Below are positions 31,201 through 38,756 of a stretch of DNA of 64,000 nucleotides, one piece after another. Below the pieces are notes generated by a model. That model was not told where the DNA came from and searched no databases. It was given only the letters and a program-made list of their open reading frames with translations. Where the stretch lies: IMG/VR virus record IMGVR_UViG_3300008954_000034, positions 1 through 64,000 of that record; one strand, 5' to 3'. Each line of letters opens with the position of its first letter. The first letter of the stretch is position 1. The translations under genes were made by a program, and so were the position numbers. This DNA comes from an uncultured virus (IMG/VR IMGVR_UViG_3300008954_000034). Taxonomy: Duplodnaviria; Heunggongvirae; Uroviricota; Caudoviricetes.

Positions 31201-31520
31201 GTATCGTCGTTTGCATCGATGTCCAAGAAGCTGCTGGCACGCTTCCGTGCGGCCTTCTTGCTGGTTCGGGGGTTACCGCCAATCTCGACAGTCCGACCAC
31301 CACGATGTGCAAATCTGGCTTTCATAGTCCTTCTCCCGGTGAGGGGGAATAGCTCCACCCCTGTTACCTCTGCTATCAACTCCCGAAATGCCGCCTCGTC
31401 AATTGGGTCTTGCTCGAGAATAGCATCCATACGGGCAACTTGATCTTCGTCTGCGTCCCGAAAGAACTGGGCCATTTCCATTACCCCAAGATTTCCCGGG
31501 TATGAAAGCCCACGTCTCAC
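25239..31520 (-). CDS. 2093-aa acidic modular polyprotein (putative capsid-internal cargo)
   Basis: Many small acidic domains separated by basic linkers ending in A/G; internal domain duplications; embedded among neck genes. Confidence 0.65.
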   Translation of the reverse strand: MRRGLSYPGNLGVMEMAQFFRDADEDQVARMDAILEQDPIDEAAFRELIAEVTGVELFPLTGRRTMKARFAHRGGRTVEIGGNPRTSKKAARKRASSFLDIDANDDTRSIRVAVVGVESHLAAKVAASVQRHIGATDMFDTADGREIIATFYGSDAQAYVSALRIARSTGRTVTLSRNGGMMQVFPPIYPVCDTCGKTARESKLGKQRVLACPDYLNGETDHICVDNGAPVTGMGSRIFPGDTYVLSRDVIASLVATSADVSEVTQLLESITDDFDVSDQGSGLGFVDVSIDPNKSTEATNILEDAGYMVEDNGAGRDARGPVHFLLVSGRPQWYSTSRSSQDNLGIIAAKTKLTVVSYAYPTVQVLDGDIELAVLAADLVASGSRAGEIKNAKVLASWGDDLITLYGTKSKLILANGAGDQMVMKEYASVETAIEDARQAADDIEAEEVYEVYMDVDALKDVKLITSRKRGASADTWLQIAEERKPGGVPLKEITDEYFPVGTKVETITAFSMTANPEQIYAVGDTGVVTENTGSEFTVKMDKDDEEVKFGWDEFLDSYDTTEFRSSRRKKADAASTITSLLADLDKALTDSMYVDALLQNVSDAMGHGEFGSALTEESWDKMESALLDRDLDRIEAILKYVQTTANTHVPSDPFTENPTEILALIQETREDEDGSLKGDLDQVLANFLTTVMEDDWTAKLEAAISTDNLDEIAAVLTDMQTVEPYASRVLHYSSRGATTAAKTSYEWAPVPETDDERAAMREWVKIVEDSVGNVVDHDEKMKDVAERHNLTFEELHMLAYGTEPTMMASTHEATDLVTENPTEILALIQRARDDEDGTARDELDRTLSNFLTTVMEDEWTSKLESAISTDSLDDIEAVLTAMKDVEPYASRTSSTVRVASYGPEEAAGDDDVTYHIRLEGSYLANGNPPTDLNTVFPEELLARVEDAESKESTESIYYSWDAWEWWTHLSEAGRQQALESLAGSELNILSVGAEMLCELDWYTISNIIRRITGGWDEGDQAVNDLLKPEAEADKAVSSTNRVYMYFRLKGTVAASTVLHLLDKTAGWSYADIQDNFGSFASWWGPSDYYDYYDCCSPVSYYGKKHGKKLADMVGPRIWIASADGEEQHKNADFMEPVTMYDTWVVGYAYSGGFVLPSELTGLPTNKDPESEEFQTWLDSIRDYVEGDDIYEDEIYFKEGWCAQLSAPGYMDQTDWVGPYDSEEEAENELQQLYGSVQVQDNGPFLSRRNRRTKRAGQTSFSLSPDTDIADLAQVLTGAGIPDSDYSLEGDAASMTLWIQDEDVERVTDLLDIFMEGSGGGQVTDPPFLSRRNRRTKRAGMYPGAETGYDFSTDIGQDTVSQALQEAGVGSENFYFEESGDITTLWVRDEYDDDVVRVMDSIMEQAGGLVTDPFLSSKSKRAYDGEDVVEAEPDDIVFDGTDAYQKGDIVIEETYDGAWITSDGTQYSGHNDKVDAVEHETELYGEATGTDTDDLSMSMDEWTRWEEENIIPRLTRVETGFRVKSDGRIFEDRDEAIKHHMENDQFYPNVWIQDDHGGMEMITISRTRKQMRATRVRRAQDGDEVAVGFTILFAEHDWEEDHPDEDEISDTQYLQDRETAFANVVQAIESAIPEVNTQSGVKETDDHGNLIYTVSMPKSSLATMEDWLNSNDMGGYALDTEVQYFTATEWVLFPTASIGTDTMIDIDSGWDEYTSSKKADANETGSPRGTAFWEEYKRTTVMGSTESQASVNIWESNENGDQLASNPYQDFASAEEAESWLDQEGYTEVGVAGGGVLFSAPFTDGPGETYFLLKDAGNVAELGVGGDPSDMDFPTISPEGIANAVRILNENEGGGATVAPASLYTFFDADFTDQAEIDKAVSEAVSQGLVNDDGSGFLSVAHKRRASIAEDFESELESAGVQQVVVEMSDKPGYVDLTIDNDHAQTARDIGADLGLILEDEDQPYVPGTLMDGTSTVMMFKISKDAQLEATANTEVAFEPYDWGGIIKVQTPSYTMTAGWERNDYSSLETFLDALNSGGTFTDWDEQTPVEVELLDDGGAKISSPSYSDELSADVLSDLKNYANEVIRGDEY
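27499..27789. repeat. Exact 42-bp direct repeat (27499-27540 and 27748-27789) encoding linker PFLSRRNRRTKRAG
   Basis: ccagcacgtttggtccgacgattcctacggctcagaaaagga occurs twice. Confidence 0.9.
28843..29552. repeat. Duplicated ~75-codon domain (TENPTEILALIQ...VEPYASR)
   Basis: Copies at about 28843-29063 and 29330-29552; a more diverged third copy lies at about 29590-29800. Confidence 0.85.
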
Positions 31521-32272
31521 AGGTTCACCTCTTGTAAATAGTGCCCCGGCTCAAGCTGATCAATCGTACAGACCTGCAGCGTGATGTAACCTTGAATCTC
31601 ACGCCGTCTGACGTTCTTGATTGAGAAACGCTCGCCGTTCGGGCGCACTATAAAATCTCCAATTTCCATGATCGGATATGGAGGTACAAAAGCAATTCTA
31701 CTCTCGCCCAGCCGATAACCTTCCGGCAACATCTCAATGACTTCTTGGGCATTTCTAATTCGAATGACCTCATCAGAGAGCTTTACAAAGCCCCCGGTGA
31801 TCCCTGTGTTATAGCAGGTCAGGCATATTCTATTCTCGTGCTCGTTGCGGTAACCGTCACCGCTTATGCGACCACACTCTGAACATGGTTCTCCAGCCTG
31901 CCGCATCAAGTAAAGGTCGCACGACTCGCCGGAAAACTTATCAAACATCAAGTTGTGCCGTCGAACGATCTCCAATGCTGCCCACTTGGTCGGTCCAAAC
32001 AAAGTAGCCAAGTATGGAGCTGATCCTGCATGAGCCTGTTCACCCTCTGATGTAACCGCAACAACCTTCCAGTAAGCTCGACGTTCTGAGGTGAGCTTGA
32101 AGTCAGTGTCTTGGTACATCAACACCGCCAGCTGCGTGTCGTTGAGCTTGGTCCACGGCCCGCCCGGACTCGGACTCCGGTAGACATTGTATCCTAACGG
32201 GTGCGCAGCCACATAAGCATTCCACGCAAGAATAGGAGTCTGGGCGGTATATGTAATTGCAAGGGAACCCAT
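31517..32272 (-). CDS. Neck/head-closure-like protein with FN3-like N-terminus and Zn-binding CxxC pairs
   Basis: Start MGSLAITY (TAATG overlap); GYNVYRS, CSEC...CLTCYNTGITGGF, GDFIVRPNGERF. Confidence 0.6.
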   Translation of the reverse strand: MGSLAITYTAQTPILAWNAYVAAHPLGYNVYRSPSPGGPWTKLNDTQLAVLMYQDTDFKLTSERRAYWKVVAVTSEGEQAHAGSAPYLATLFGPTKWAALEIVRRHNLMFDKFSGESCDLYLMRQAGEPCSECGRISGDGYRNEHENRICLTCYNTGITGGFVKLSDEVIRIRNAQEVIEMLPEGYRLGESRIAFVPPYPIMEIGDFIVRPNGERFSIKNVRRREIQGYITLQVCTIDQLEPGHYLQEVNL

Positions 32273-33126
32273 TATGCGATCACCCCGGAAACCCCAGACA
32301 GTACCGATTGCATGTTCGGGTGGAAGCTGAAGGACCGGATGATGGTGTAAGGCAGTCGGGTTTGTCCCATACCAATAGCACCCGCCCGGCTGTAAGCGTA
32401 ATTCCGTTTGACCCGTCCCACCATCTGCAACCACTGTGTATAAAGAGCTTGTGCCATCGTCAGGTACTTCTGGCTCCTGTCGATAGCAAAACTAATCTCG
32501 TCGTTATAGTTAAGCGTGTTCGCCACCTCCAGCAGCCCACGCTGGTGCAGAGCGTAAAATACAGCCCCGTCTACAAGCAGCCCCGGCCACGGCATGTTTC
32601 CAATGCTCCAAGTGTAATCACTTGGTGGCGTGTGGTTGATAAAGTTCAGCGAACGTGTGATTGCATCGTAGAGTTGTCCATCTTCCCACTTGTATTTCTC
32701 TGGGTCATCGATCTGGTATAGCGCCGGTATGCGGTCCGACACCGACTGCCGTACGAGGTCGATGTAGTACTGCGCGGTGGGAGCACTTCGAATCTGAAAC
32801 GTCCCAGTGATCTGAACTGTGTCGCCAGTCGCACTGGGATAATTGCCAGACATGGTTATGTTATAAGTACCATCGTCCAACCACGAAGAACTGGCAAGGA
32901 AGGTGATGTGAAATAGCCCTGTTTCCTCACCATGCTTGGTAAAGGGTACGAGGAGGTTAGCGTCCGGGACAGTAACGTCAGTCCCCCCAGTCGTCGCCAT
33001 CGAGAACTGAGGGGACAGAACGTTTATCGCCGTTCCACCTGAAGTGAAGGTGCAGAAAAGCTCGACATGTTCTCCGTTAGAATTTACGGAGACAACACCC
33101 GATCCAATTTCCTGAACAACGGACAC
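32272..33126 (-). CDS. Head-tail adaptor/neck protein
   Basis: WEDGQLYDAITRSLNFINHTPP motif; downstream of the capsid gene. Confidence 0.6.
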   Translation of the reverse strand: MSVVQEIGSGVVSVNSNGEHVELFCTFTSGGTAINVLSPQFSMATTGGTDVTVPDANLLVPFTKHGEETGLFHITFLASSSWLDDGTYNITMSGNYPSATGDTVQITGTFQIRSAPTAQYYIDLVRQSVSDRIPALYQIDDPEKYKWEDGQLYDAITRSLNFINHTPPSDYTWSIGNMPWPGLLVDGAVFYALHQRGLLEVANTLNYNDEISFAIDRSQKYLTMAQALYTQWLQMVGRVKRNYAYSRAGAIGMGQTRLPYTIIRSFSFHPNMQSVLSGVSGVIA

Positions 33127-33129
33127 ACC

Positions 33130-33636
33130 TTACTCCTCCATGTAGTCTTTGATAGCTTGCACGATCTCAGGGCTCTTCTTCATACGTGCAAGTGCGTGGT
33201 CACGGTCGTCAAACCGCCAGTTACCCTTCCCGTTTGGTTTGGGAAGAGTCAAACGCCCTGATTCAGCCTCGCTGACGATCTCAAGGGTAACGGCAGTGTC
33301 AAAGAGAACAGCGTTCGGATCGGCCTCTTGGTCTTCCTCAGCCTCATCTTCGACCTCATCCTCTTCTGCGTCAGCTTCTGGTTCCGGAGTTGGTTCCGGT
33401 TCCACTGGCTTTGGTTTCGGCGTGGCCTTCGGAGGTGCAGGTGGATCAACAAGATCTACCCATCCCATACGAATGGCGTTCGACAGGGAAACAGCGGCAT
33501 CCACTGCATCCTTTCCGTACTGTGCCACCAAGTCGTACTGACCCCCCGGCGTCAAGGTGATCCCCAACTCCGGTATAAAAAGGTTGCCTACTTCTTTGTT
33601 GGCTACCTTCCCGGGGTTTATCATGTACCGCTTCAT
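33130..33636 (-). CDS. Hypothetical head-associated protein
   Basis: N-terminal domain paralogous to the C-terminal domain of the upstream gene; Pro/Glu-rich linker. Confidence 0.5.
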   Translation of the reverse strand: MKRYMINPGKVANKEVGNLFIPELGITLTPGGQYDLVAQYGKDAVDAAVSLSNAIRMGWVDLVDPPAPPKATPKPKPVEPEPTPEPEADAEEDEVEDEAEEDQEADPNAVLFDTAVTLEIVSEAESGRLTLPKPNGKGNWRFDDRDHALARMKKSPEIVQAIKDYMEE

Positions 33637-33641
33637 AGCTA

Positions 33642-34421
33642 CTACCTCCCGAGAGTGGATGAGCCGCGACCACTCTGTGTGGTACGGCGCTGCGCGAGCT
33701 TGTTTTTCTTCAGCTTGTCGTTACGCTCTTCTTCCTTGCGCAGGTCTTCTGCGAGCTTGTCGTCATACTCATTTGGCTCGTCTTCAAACCGGTCTCCCGG
33801 CTTGTGCTTCTCAACCAGCGGCTTCACAATCGCGCCTTCTGGTAATGGATCATCGAGACTTTCAATCTCAACCAGCAGCGATAGATTGTTGTTCGTGCTC
33901 GTCTTCTTCATCGCACGAACAAGACCAACTGACTTGTTGATTTCCCGTGCTTCGAACAGTTGAAGTAGGTCAATCTTTTCACCGGGCTGAAGTGCCAGTC
34001 CCTCCCCGTCCTGCCCGGCAGATCGAAGGTCAGGGATAATCAAAAGGCCCCCAGAGGTGTTCGCCACGAAACGAACACGTGGTCGTTTGGACCCCGCAAG
34101 CGCTGCAGGATCAGCGGCGTCGTCGCCAAGTCCCGGCATCAAGTAGTCGACCGGGATTTCGACCGGGTTGGGGATGTTGTCAAGTTTCACATGTGCGAAC
34201 CCCTTCTCGAGGTGCACTCGGTAAATCTTACCCTTCATCCCACGGAAGGCTTCGGACTTCTCATCACCACCCAGAACAACAATGTCATCACCATCGTTCA
34301 AGCTGGTCGGTACTGTGGTCGCTGCCAAGCGATCCTCGGTTTTGGAAGCGGAAGTCTCCACGCTTTCCACGGCCTCATCCGTCGTTTCAACGGTCTGAGT
34401 CTGATCGTCTTTACCCTGCAA
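33642..34421 (-). CDS. Hypothetical protein with KOW/SH3-like domain
   Basis: Probable TTG start after an AAAGGAG RBS; GDDIVVLGG...FRGMKGKI KOW-like motif. Confidence 0.5.
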   Translation of the reverse strand: MQGKDDQTQTVETTDEAVESVETSASKTEDRLAATTVPTSLNDGDDIVVLGGDEKSEAFRGMKGKIYRVHLEKGFAHVKLDNIPNPVEIPVDYLMPGLGDDAADPAALAGSKRPRVRFVANTSGGLLIIPDLRSAGQDGEGLALQPGEKIDLLQLFEAREINKSVGLVRAMKKTSTNNNLSLLVEIESLDDPLPEGAIVKPLVEKHKPGDRFEDEPNEYDDKLAEDLRKEEERNDKLKKNKLAQRRTTQSGRGSSTLGR

Positions 34422-34451
34422 TGGCCTATCTCCTTTTGAACGCATTATGAG

Positions 34452-34492
34452 AAAAAGTGGGTCGGGCCTGCGTTCAACAACCCGACCCACTT
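34452..34492 (-). terminator. Intrinsic terminator after the major capsid gene
   Basis: AAGTGGGTCGGG...CCCGACCCACTT 12-bp stem running into a T-tract on the minus strand. Confidence 0.75.
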
Positions 34493-34526
34493 AACTGAGT
34501 TCACAATGGAACCAATACCAGCCTGC

Positions 34527-35483
34527 TTACGCAGTGCTGTCGAAGGTACCCTTGTTGACACCACGGGCGTTGATGATCGCCATGCCAAGATACTCGTACC
34601 CGGTGAAGCCGAGCAGGAGGTTGTCAGGATCATCAGCCGGGATGGCTTCGAAGTCCTTACGGATCGGCATCCATGCCAGCCATTCCGGCCCAGCAGTCGG
34701 ATAGAACGTACCAGCGGTGAGCTGGTCGCTGATCCAGAGCTTCGCGCCCCAGATGGAACCGATGTAACCGGTCTGGCGAACTTCCTGACGTGCCACTTCG
34801 TCGAGATCAAGATAGCTCCAGCGGCGAATGCCCTGAATACCGTATGCGGTCATCAGAACGTTCTCGACCACCAGACGGTTGGCCTCAATCGGAGTGAACG
34901 CCATTGCCAGCGCGTCCTTCGTGAGCTTCGTGGCTACGGATGTCGCCGTGTAGTAGGTGCTGTATGCGCTTTCGAAGAGCCCGAACATGTAGAGGTCTTC
35001 GCGGAGCATCATGGACTGTTCCAGACGATCCTTGGTGCGCTTCATCACCTGATACAGACGACTGTAGAGTTCCGAGTACGGAATCTTCGGACGTGCCACA
35101 ATCTCAAACGGTTCCAGCGTTACGCGGTCGACTTCGATCTCGATGAATCGAGTGGTACCGTTGTGGCCAATGATGGCTGCCGTGAACTCTTCGACATCGC
35201 TGTCGTAGATCATTGGCATTCCATCCGCCCACGGTTCAACCACGGCGAACTTACGTCCAATACCCTCATAGTCCAACTTCTGACGGACCGGGCTGGACAG
35301 GTTTGCGGCGATCTTTGCCAGACCTGCTGAGGTCGACATGGCCGCTCGAAGGGTCTGCTCCTTCTTCGCAATCTTCTGCAGTGTGGCTTCACGGGACATG
35401 TGGCCTCCGCGAGCTGGCTGCTGAATGTTGCGAGTCGTACGGGAGGCAGCACCCTTGTTCTGCTTGTTCAGCTTATCGAACAC
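34527..35483 (-). CDS. Major capsid protein (HK97 fold)
   Basis: GLAKIAANLSSPVRQKLDYEGIGRKFAVVEP...FEIVARPKI...YEYLGMAIIN; strongly biased codons; follows scaffold and decoration genes; followed by a terminator. Confidence 0.8.
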   Translation of the reverse strand: MFDKLNKQNKGAASRTTRNIQQPARGGHMSREATLQKIAKKEQTLRAAMSTSAGLAKIAANLSSPVRQKLDYEGIGRKFAVVEPWADGMPMIYDSDVEEFTAAIIGHNGTTRFIEIEVDRVTLEPFEIVARPKIPYSELYSRLYQVMKRTKDRLEQSMMLREDLYMFGLFESAYSTYYTATSVATKLTKDALAMAFTPIEANRLVVENVLMTAYGIQGIRRWSYLDLDEVARQEVRQTGYIGSIWGAKLWISDQLTAGTFYPTAGPEWLAWMPIRKDFEAIPADDPDNLLLGFTGYEYLGMAIINARGVNKGTFDSTA

Positions 35484-35498
35484 GGTGAATTACCTCCC

Positions 35499-35957
35499 TC
35501 AGTAGAACAGTACCGTCAGGTACGTGGTACCGACCTCGAGGACAGTGCCTCGTACGATACCCGAACCCGGGTCTGTTAGTGTCCATTTGCCAGTGGCCGC
35601 AACGTACAATGGGGAACCAACCGCCCACGAATCACCTGCCGTGTAGGGAAGTGCGTCCGCGTAGGTTGTCTGTGCAGAACTCGTCGTACCTGACGTGAAC
35701 TGACAGATGAGTGTTCCGGAGTAGAACGTTGCCTTGTGAGTTGCTGCAGTCCTCCCGGCGAAGTCGCGAAGCTTGGAGTTCGCGAAAATGCCGACGTAGG
35801 CGCTCGGTGTACCGGTGGAAAGGTCGCTGGTGCAAAGGTCCAGCGTGCCGCCAGTGGTCATCTTGGCGGGGGAACCACCGTAATACTCGGTTACGCCCGA
35901 GGAGACAGTGAACTCACCATTTTTCAGGCCACCGATTTCAAGTGCTCGTCCCAGCAT
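35499..35957 (-). CDS. Capsid decoration/cement protein
   Basis: 152 aa, Gly/Thr-rich, WAVGSPLYVAATGKWT; directly upstream of the capsid gene. Confidence 0.65.
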   Translation of the reverse strand: MLGRALEIGGLKNGEFTVSSGVTEYYGGSPAKMTTGGTLDLCTSDLSTGTPSAYVGIFANSKLRDFAGRTAATHKATFYSGTLICQFTSGTTSSAQTTYADALPYTAGDSWAVGSPLYVAATGKWTLTDPGSGIVRGTVLEVGTTYLTVLFY

Positions 35958-36004
35958 CGGTGTGAGTCTCCGTTACAAGTGAAAGTTAAACTCTCTGCTG
36001 CCGA

Positions 36005-38128
36005 TCAGTCGAAGAATTCTGGGCTGTCCAGTGAGCAGTCGTCTGGCTGGCTGCCTCTGAACGTTGATTCCCGAGCCCTCAGGCCCCGATTTGCCTGTTC
36101 CTTGTTGGCCCGGCTGACCATACGCGACTGTCGCCTGTGCTCGCCATCAGTTGCTCGAGCTCCGCTGTAGTTCGGCGCGTTGTCAACCATGTTCTTCGCA
36201 TTCTTGAAAGTAGTCTCGTCCATCTCGACTAGTGCCTTGAGCTCGGCAGCTTTCTTGCTCGGATGAATTAGACCTTTACGTAGCTGAGTGGCAACAACCT
36301 TCTCAGCTTCAAGTTTTCTCAGTTTCGAGTCCTTGACCTTACCTTCCTTCTCAAGGTCGCTCACCTTGGAGGAAAGCCCGGCCAGCTTGCGCTTGGACTC
36401 AGTGGTACCGGCTTTGCCGCGTTTCTTCGGTGCGGCGGTCCCGTTGCCGTTCTGACGTGACTGATGGAGACGACCGAGACGACGAAGTCGAGCTGCGCGT
36501 GACTTCTTTTCGTCATCGTCATCTTCCTTCTTGCCGTCGTCCTTCTTGGCATCCTCGTCATCTGCTGCCTTACGCTTCTGCGGTGTTGGCAGCTTTCCAT
36601 TGGTCGCTGACTTGGATGCTTCCCGGGTTGGGCGGGTGCCGTAGATTGCGTATACACCGTCGCCGTCAAACACACGGAATCCAGCTTCTTCCAGTTTGGC
36701 AGTGATGCCATTGACGATGTCGTTGGAAACCTCTCCACGTTTTTCATCGTCGTACTCACCCCACTGCGCCAGCACCCCAGTGACGTCAATGCCGTACGAC
36801 GCAGCTTCCGCCATGATCACAGATGTGAACTCTGGGGTATCGTGAAGCGATGACATCAGGTACGTGGTCGGTTCCGCACCCTCAGGTGGCATACCTGAAT
36901 CGTCCCATTCCCAGTCCGCAGTTGCGATCTTCGGTTTCGGATGGCGAACTGCGCTCACGCGACGTTCCTTCTTCAACCCCATCACCGGATTATCGTTGAC
37001 GTCGTCCGTGCCCTTCTGGAGCTTCGCTTCATCGTCAGCGGCGTGCGGGGGATCAGACTTACCAAGATCGGAACCGTCGGCCTTGCCTTCTTGCGCGTTC
37101 GTGGGCTCGGCGTCCTTGTTCTTACCACCTAGGTCGCCCTCTTGACCAGCGTCCGGCTTGGCGTCTGTGTTTCCACCACCAAGTGGGCCGTCCTGAGTGT
37201 CTTCCGGCTTGTCAGCGGCCTGCCGCTTACGCAACTTCAGCGGCTTTTTCGATGCCTTCTTGCCGTCATCGTCATCATCGTCATCATCGTCATCATCATC
37301 AGACGCGGCTGTAGTTTCATCCCAGTCATCGTCGTCGGTGAAGTTGAAGTCATCGTCGCTGCGCGTTTCATCTGCGGCTTTCTTAGACGCGGTCAGTGCA
37401 TTCTTAATGTCGTCGTCGGTAAGCCCAGCGCCATGCATTCCTGTGCTCCAAATCCAGATGAGTGATGGGTCGTTGTCATCGTATTCAACCCAGCCACCCT
37501 TGACACCAATCTCACGAAGTCGCTTCTTGATCTCCGACTTCGACGTCAGAGTCGTGTTGTACCCGTTGGCACTTGCCATTCTACGGACCTTCATCTTGCT
37601 GCTCCTCGACGTGGCATGGCCTCCATCGGCCTGCGCAGTGAATGGAAGAGAATTTTCACTAATATCCGATATATCGATGCCAAGCTGAGAAGCGGCTTCC
37701 TGCCTCGCTTCGTCGTATGTATAACCTTGGCCCATCAGTTCTGTTATCTTGTTAATGACTTCGGCAGCGTCCGCGCTGGTCTTCCTCCCATTGGCGGCGT
37801 CAGCGTCAATCACATCTTCATCAATATCATCGTCTTCGCTTGCCCCATCTGGGGTTGGACCACCTGTATCTTCTGAGTCCTCGCGGAATTCATCGATGGC
37901 GTTTTCAACGTCTGGTGGGGCTTCGCCAATGGTCGGGAGCTTTTCAATCCCTGTGCGAAGAATGGACTCACCAAGAGACGCTACCTTGTGCCGGTTAGCA
38001 GCGGAGGTGTCTTTGGCGTCGATGGAGGAGTCGATGGCGGTAACGTGGTCACGGAGCTTATTGGCAACGGATGCCTTCCGTGGTCCCTTCACCAACTTGT
38101 CTGCAACTAAGTCAAAAACGTCCTGCAT
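36005..38128 (-). CDS. Scaffold-like protein carrying embedded acidic modules
   Basis: Charged low-complexity sequence with a C-terminal coiled coil; many K/R-x-A linkers; position before decoration and capsid genes. Confidence 0.6.
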   Translation of the reverse strand: MQDVFDLVADKLVKGPRKASVANKLRDHVTAIDSSIDAKDTSAANRHKVASLGESILRTGIEKLPTIGEAPPDVENAIDEFREDSEDTGGPTPDGASEDDDIDEDVIDADAANGRKTSADAAEVINKITELMGQGYTYDEARQEAASQLGIDISDISENSLPFTAQADGGHATSRSSKMKVRRMASANGYNTTLTSKSEIKKRLREIGVKGGWVEYDDNDPSLIWIWSTGMHGAGLTDDDIKNALTASKKAADETRSDDDFNFTDDDDWDETTAASDDDDDDDDDDDDGKKASKKPLKLRKRQAADKPEDTQDGPLGGGNTDAKPDAGQEGDLGGKNKDAEPTNAQEGKADGSDLGKSDPPHAADDEAKLQKGTDDVNDNPVMGLKKERRVSAVRHPKPKIATADWEWDDSGMPPEGAEPTTYLMSSLHDTPEFTSVIMAEAASYGIDVTGVLAQWGEYDDEKRGEVSNDIVNGITAKLEEAGFRVFDGDGVYAIYGTRPTREASKSATNGKLPTPQKRKAADDEDAKKDDGKKEDDDDEKKSRAARLRRLGRLHQSRQNGNGTAAPKKRGKAGTTESKRKLAGLSSKVSDLEKEGKVKDSKLRKLEAEKVVATQLRKGLIHPSKKAAELKALVEMDETTFKNAKNMVDNAPNYSGARATDGEHRRQSRMVSRANKEQANRGLRARESTFRGSQPDDCSLDSPEFFD

Positions 38129-38160
38129 GAGAACAGCTCCTCTCTGTGGTCCTCTAACTC

Positions 38161-38192
38161 AATGATAGGATTGAGCTACGGTCATGAGGACT
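38161..38192 (-). promoter_or_regulatory. Candidate late promoter AGTCC-N20-TATCATT upstream of the scaffold gene
   Basis: Both boxes and the spacing are identical to 22433-22464. Confidence 0.5.
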
Positions 38193-38245
38193 CAGATGAA
38201 GAGCTGCATCTTACTTCAAGTGGAGATGTAGTTATTGAATATCTC

Positions 38246-38590
38246 TTACTCTACAAGTACAACCATAAGGTCGCGTTCGTTGAAGTCGGACTTCAACAAC
38301 TCCAAGAACTGCGGATCGGATGGGTCATCAATATGTGCCGTGGCAACAAAGCCAGACGTCCCACGCCGGTTGTACAGAATATCGTACCCGTCACTTGAAT
38401 GGAACCTGACCACGTAGTCGGGTTCTATCCCATCAATCGTAATCGAGTCAGCGGTCCGGTCATCCTCGGACTTGAGTACTGCACATACCCTCTGCATAGG
38501 CCCCTCGTTGCTGCGTAGTGAATAGTTGGTCTGTGACCACCTTAACATCATCTTCCTGAAACGGCTGAGGGTACACTCCCTCACCGTCAA
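38246..38590 (-). CDS. Hypothetical protein (true start probably near 38497)
   Basis: ORF track; overlaps the upstream ORF. Confidence 0.4.
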   Translation of the reverse strand: MTVRECTLSRFRKMMLRWSQTNYSLRSNEGPMQRVCAVLKSEDDRTADSITIDGIEPDYVVRFHSSDGYDILYNRRGTSGFVATAHIDDPSDPQFLELLKSDFNERDLMVVLVE

Positions 38591-38756
38591 ATTGAATCCA
38601 TAGTAAAGTCACTGACCTCTTTCGAATCCGAATCTTCTTTGAGTCCACAACAAAGCCCTCGGCCCCGTTTCGAACTTCGAAGCTCACCCCACTATCAGTC
38701 ACCGATCTTCGGTTACCGACCCGGGATTGAAATTGTACTCGGTCTCCGTCAGCCAT
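38460..38756 (-). CDS. Hypothetical SH3-like small protein
   Basis: GDRVQF...GAEGFVVD...WIQFD pattern. Confidence 0.45.
   Translation of the reverse strand: MADGDRVQFQSRVGNRRSVTDSGVSFEVRNGAEGFVVDSKKIRIRKRSVTLLWIQFDGEGVYPQPFQEDDVKVVTDQLFTTQQRGAYAEGMCSTQVRG

Noticed and set aside
34527..35483. Encapsulin shell protein
   Set aside because: Context (decoration, scaffold, protease, neck, tail) indicates a phage major capsid protein.
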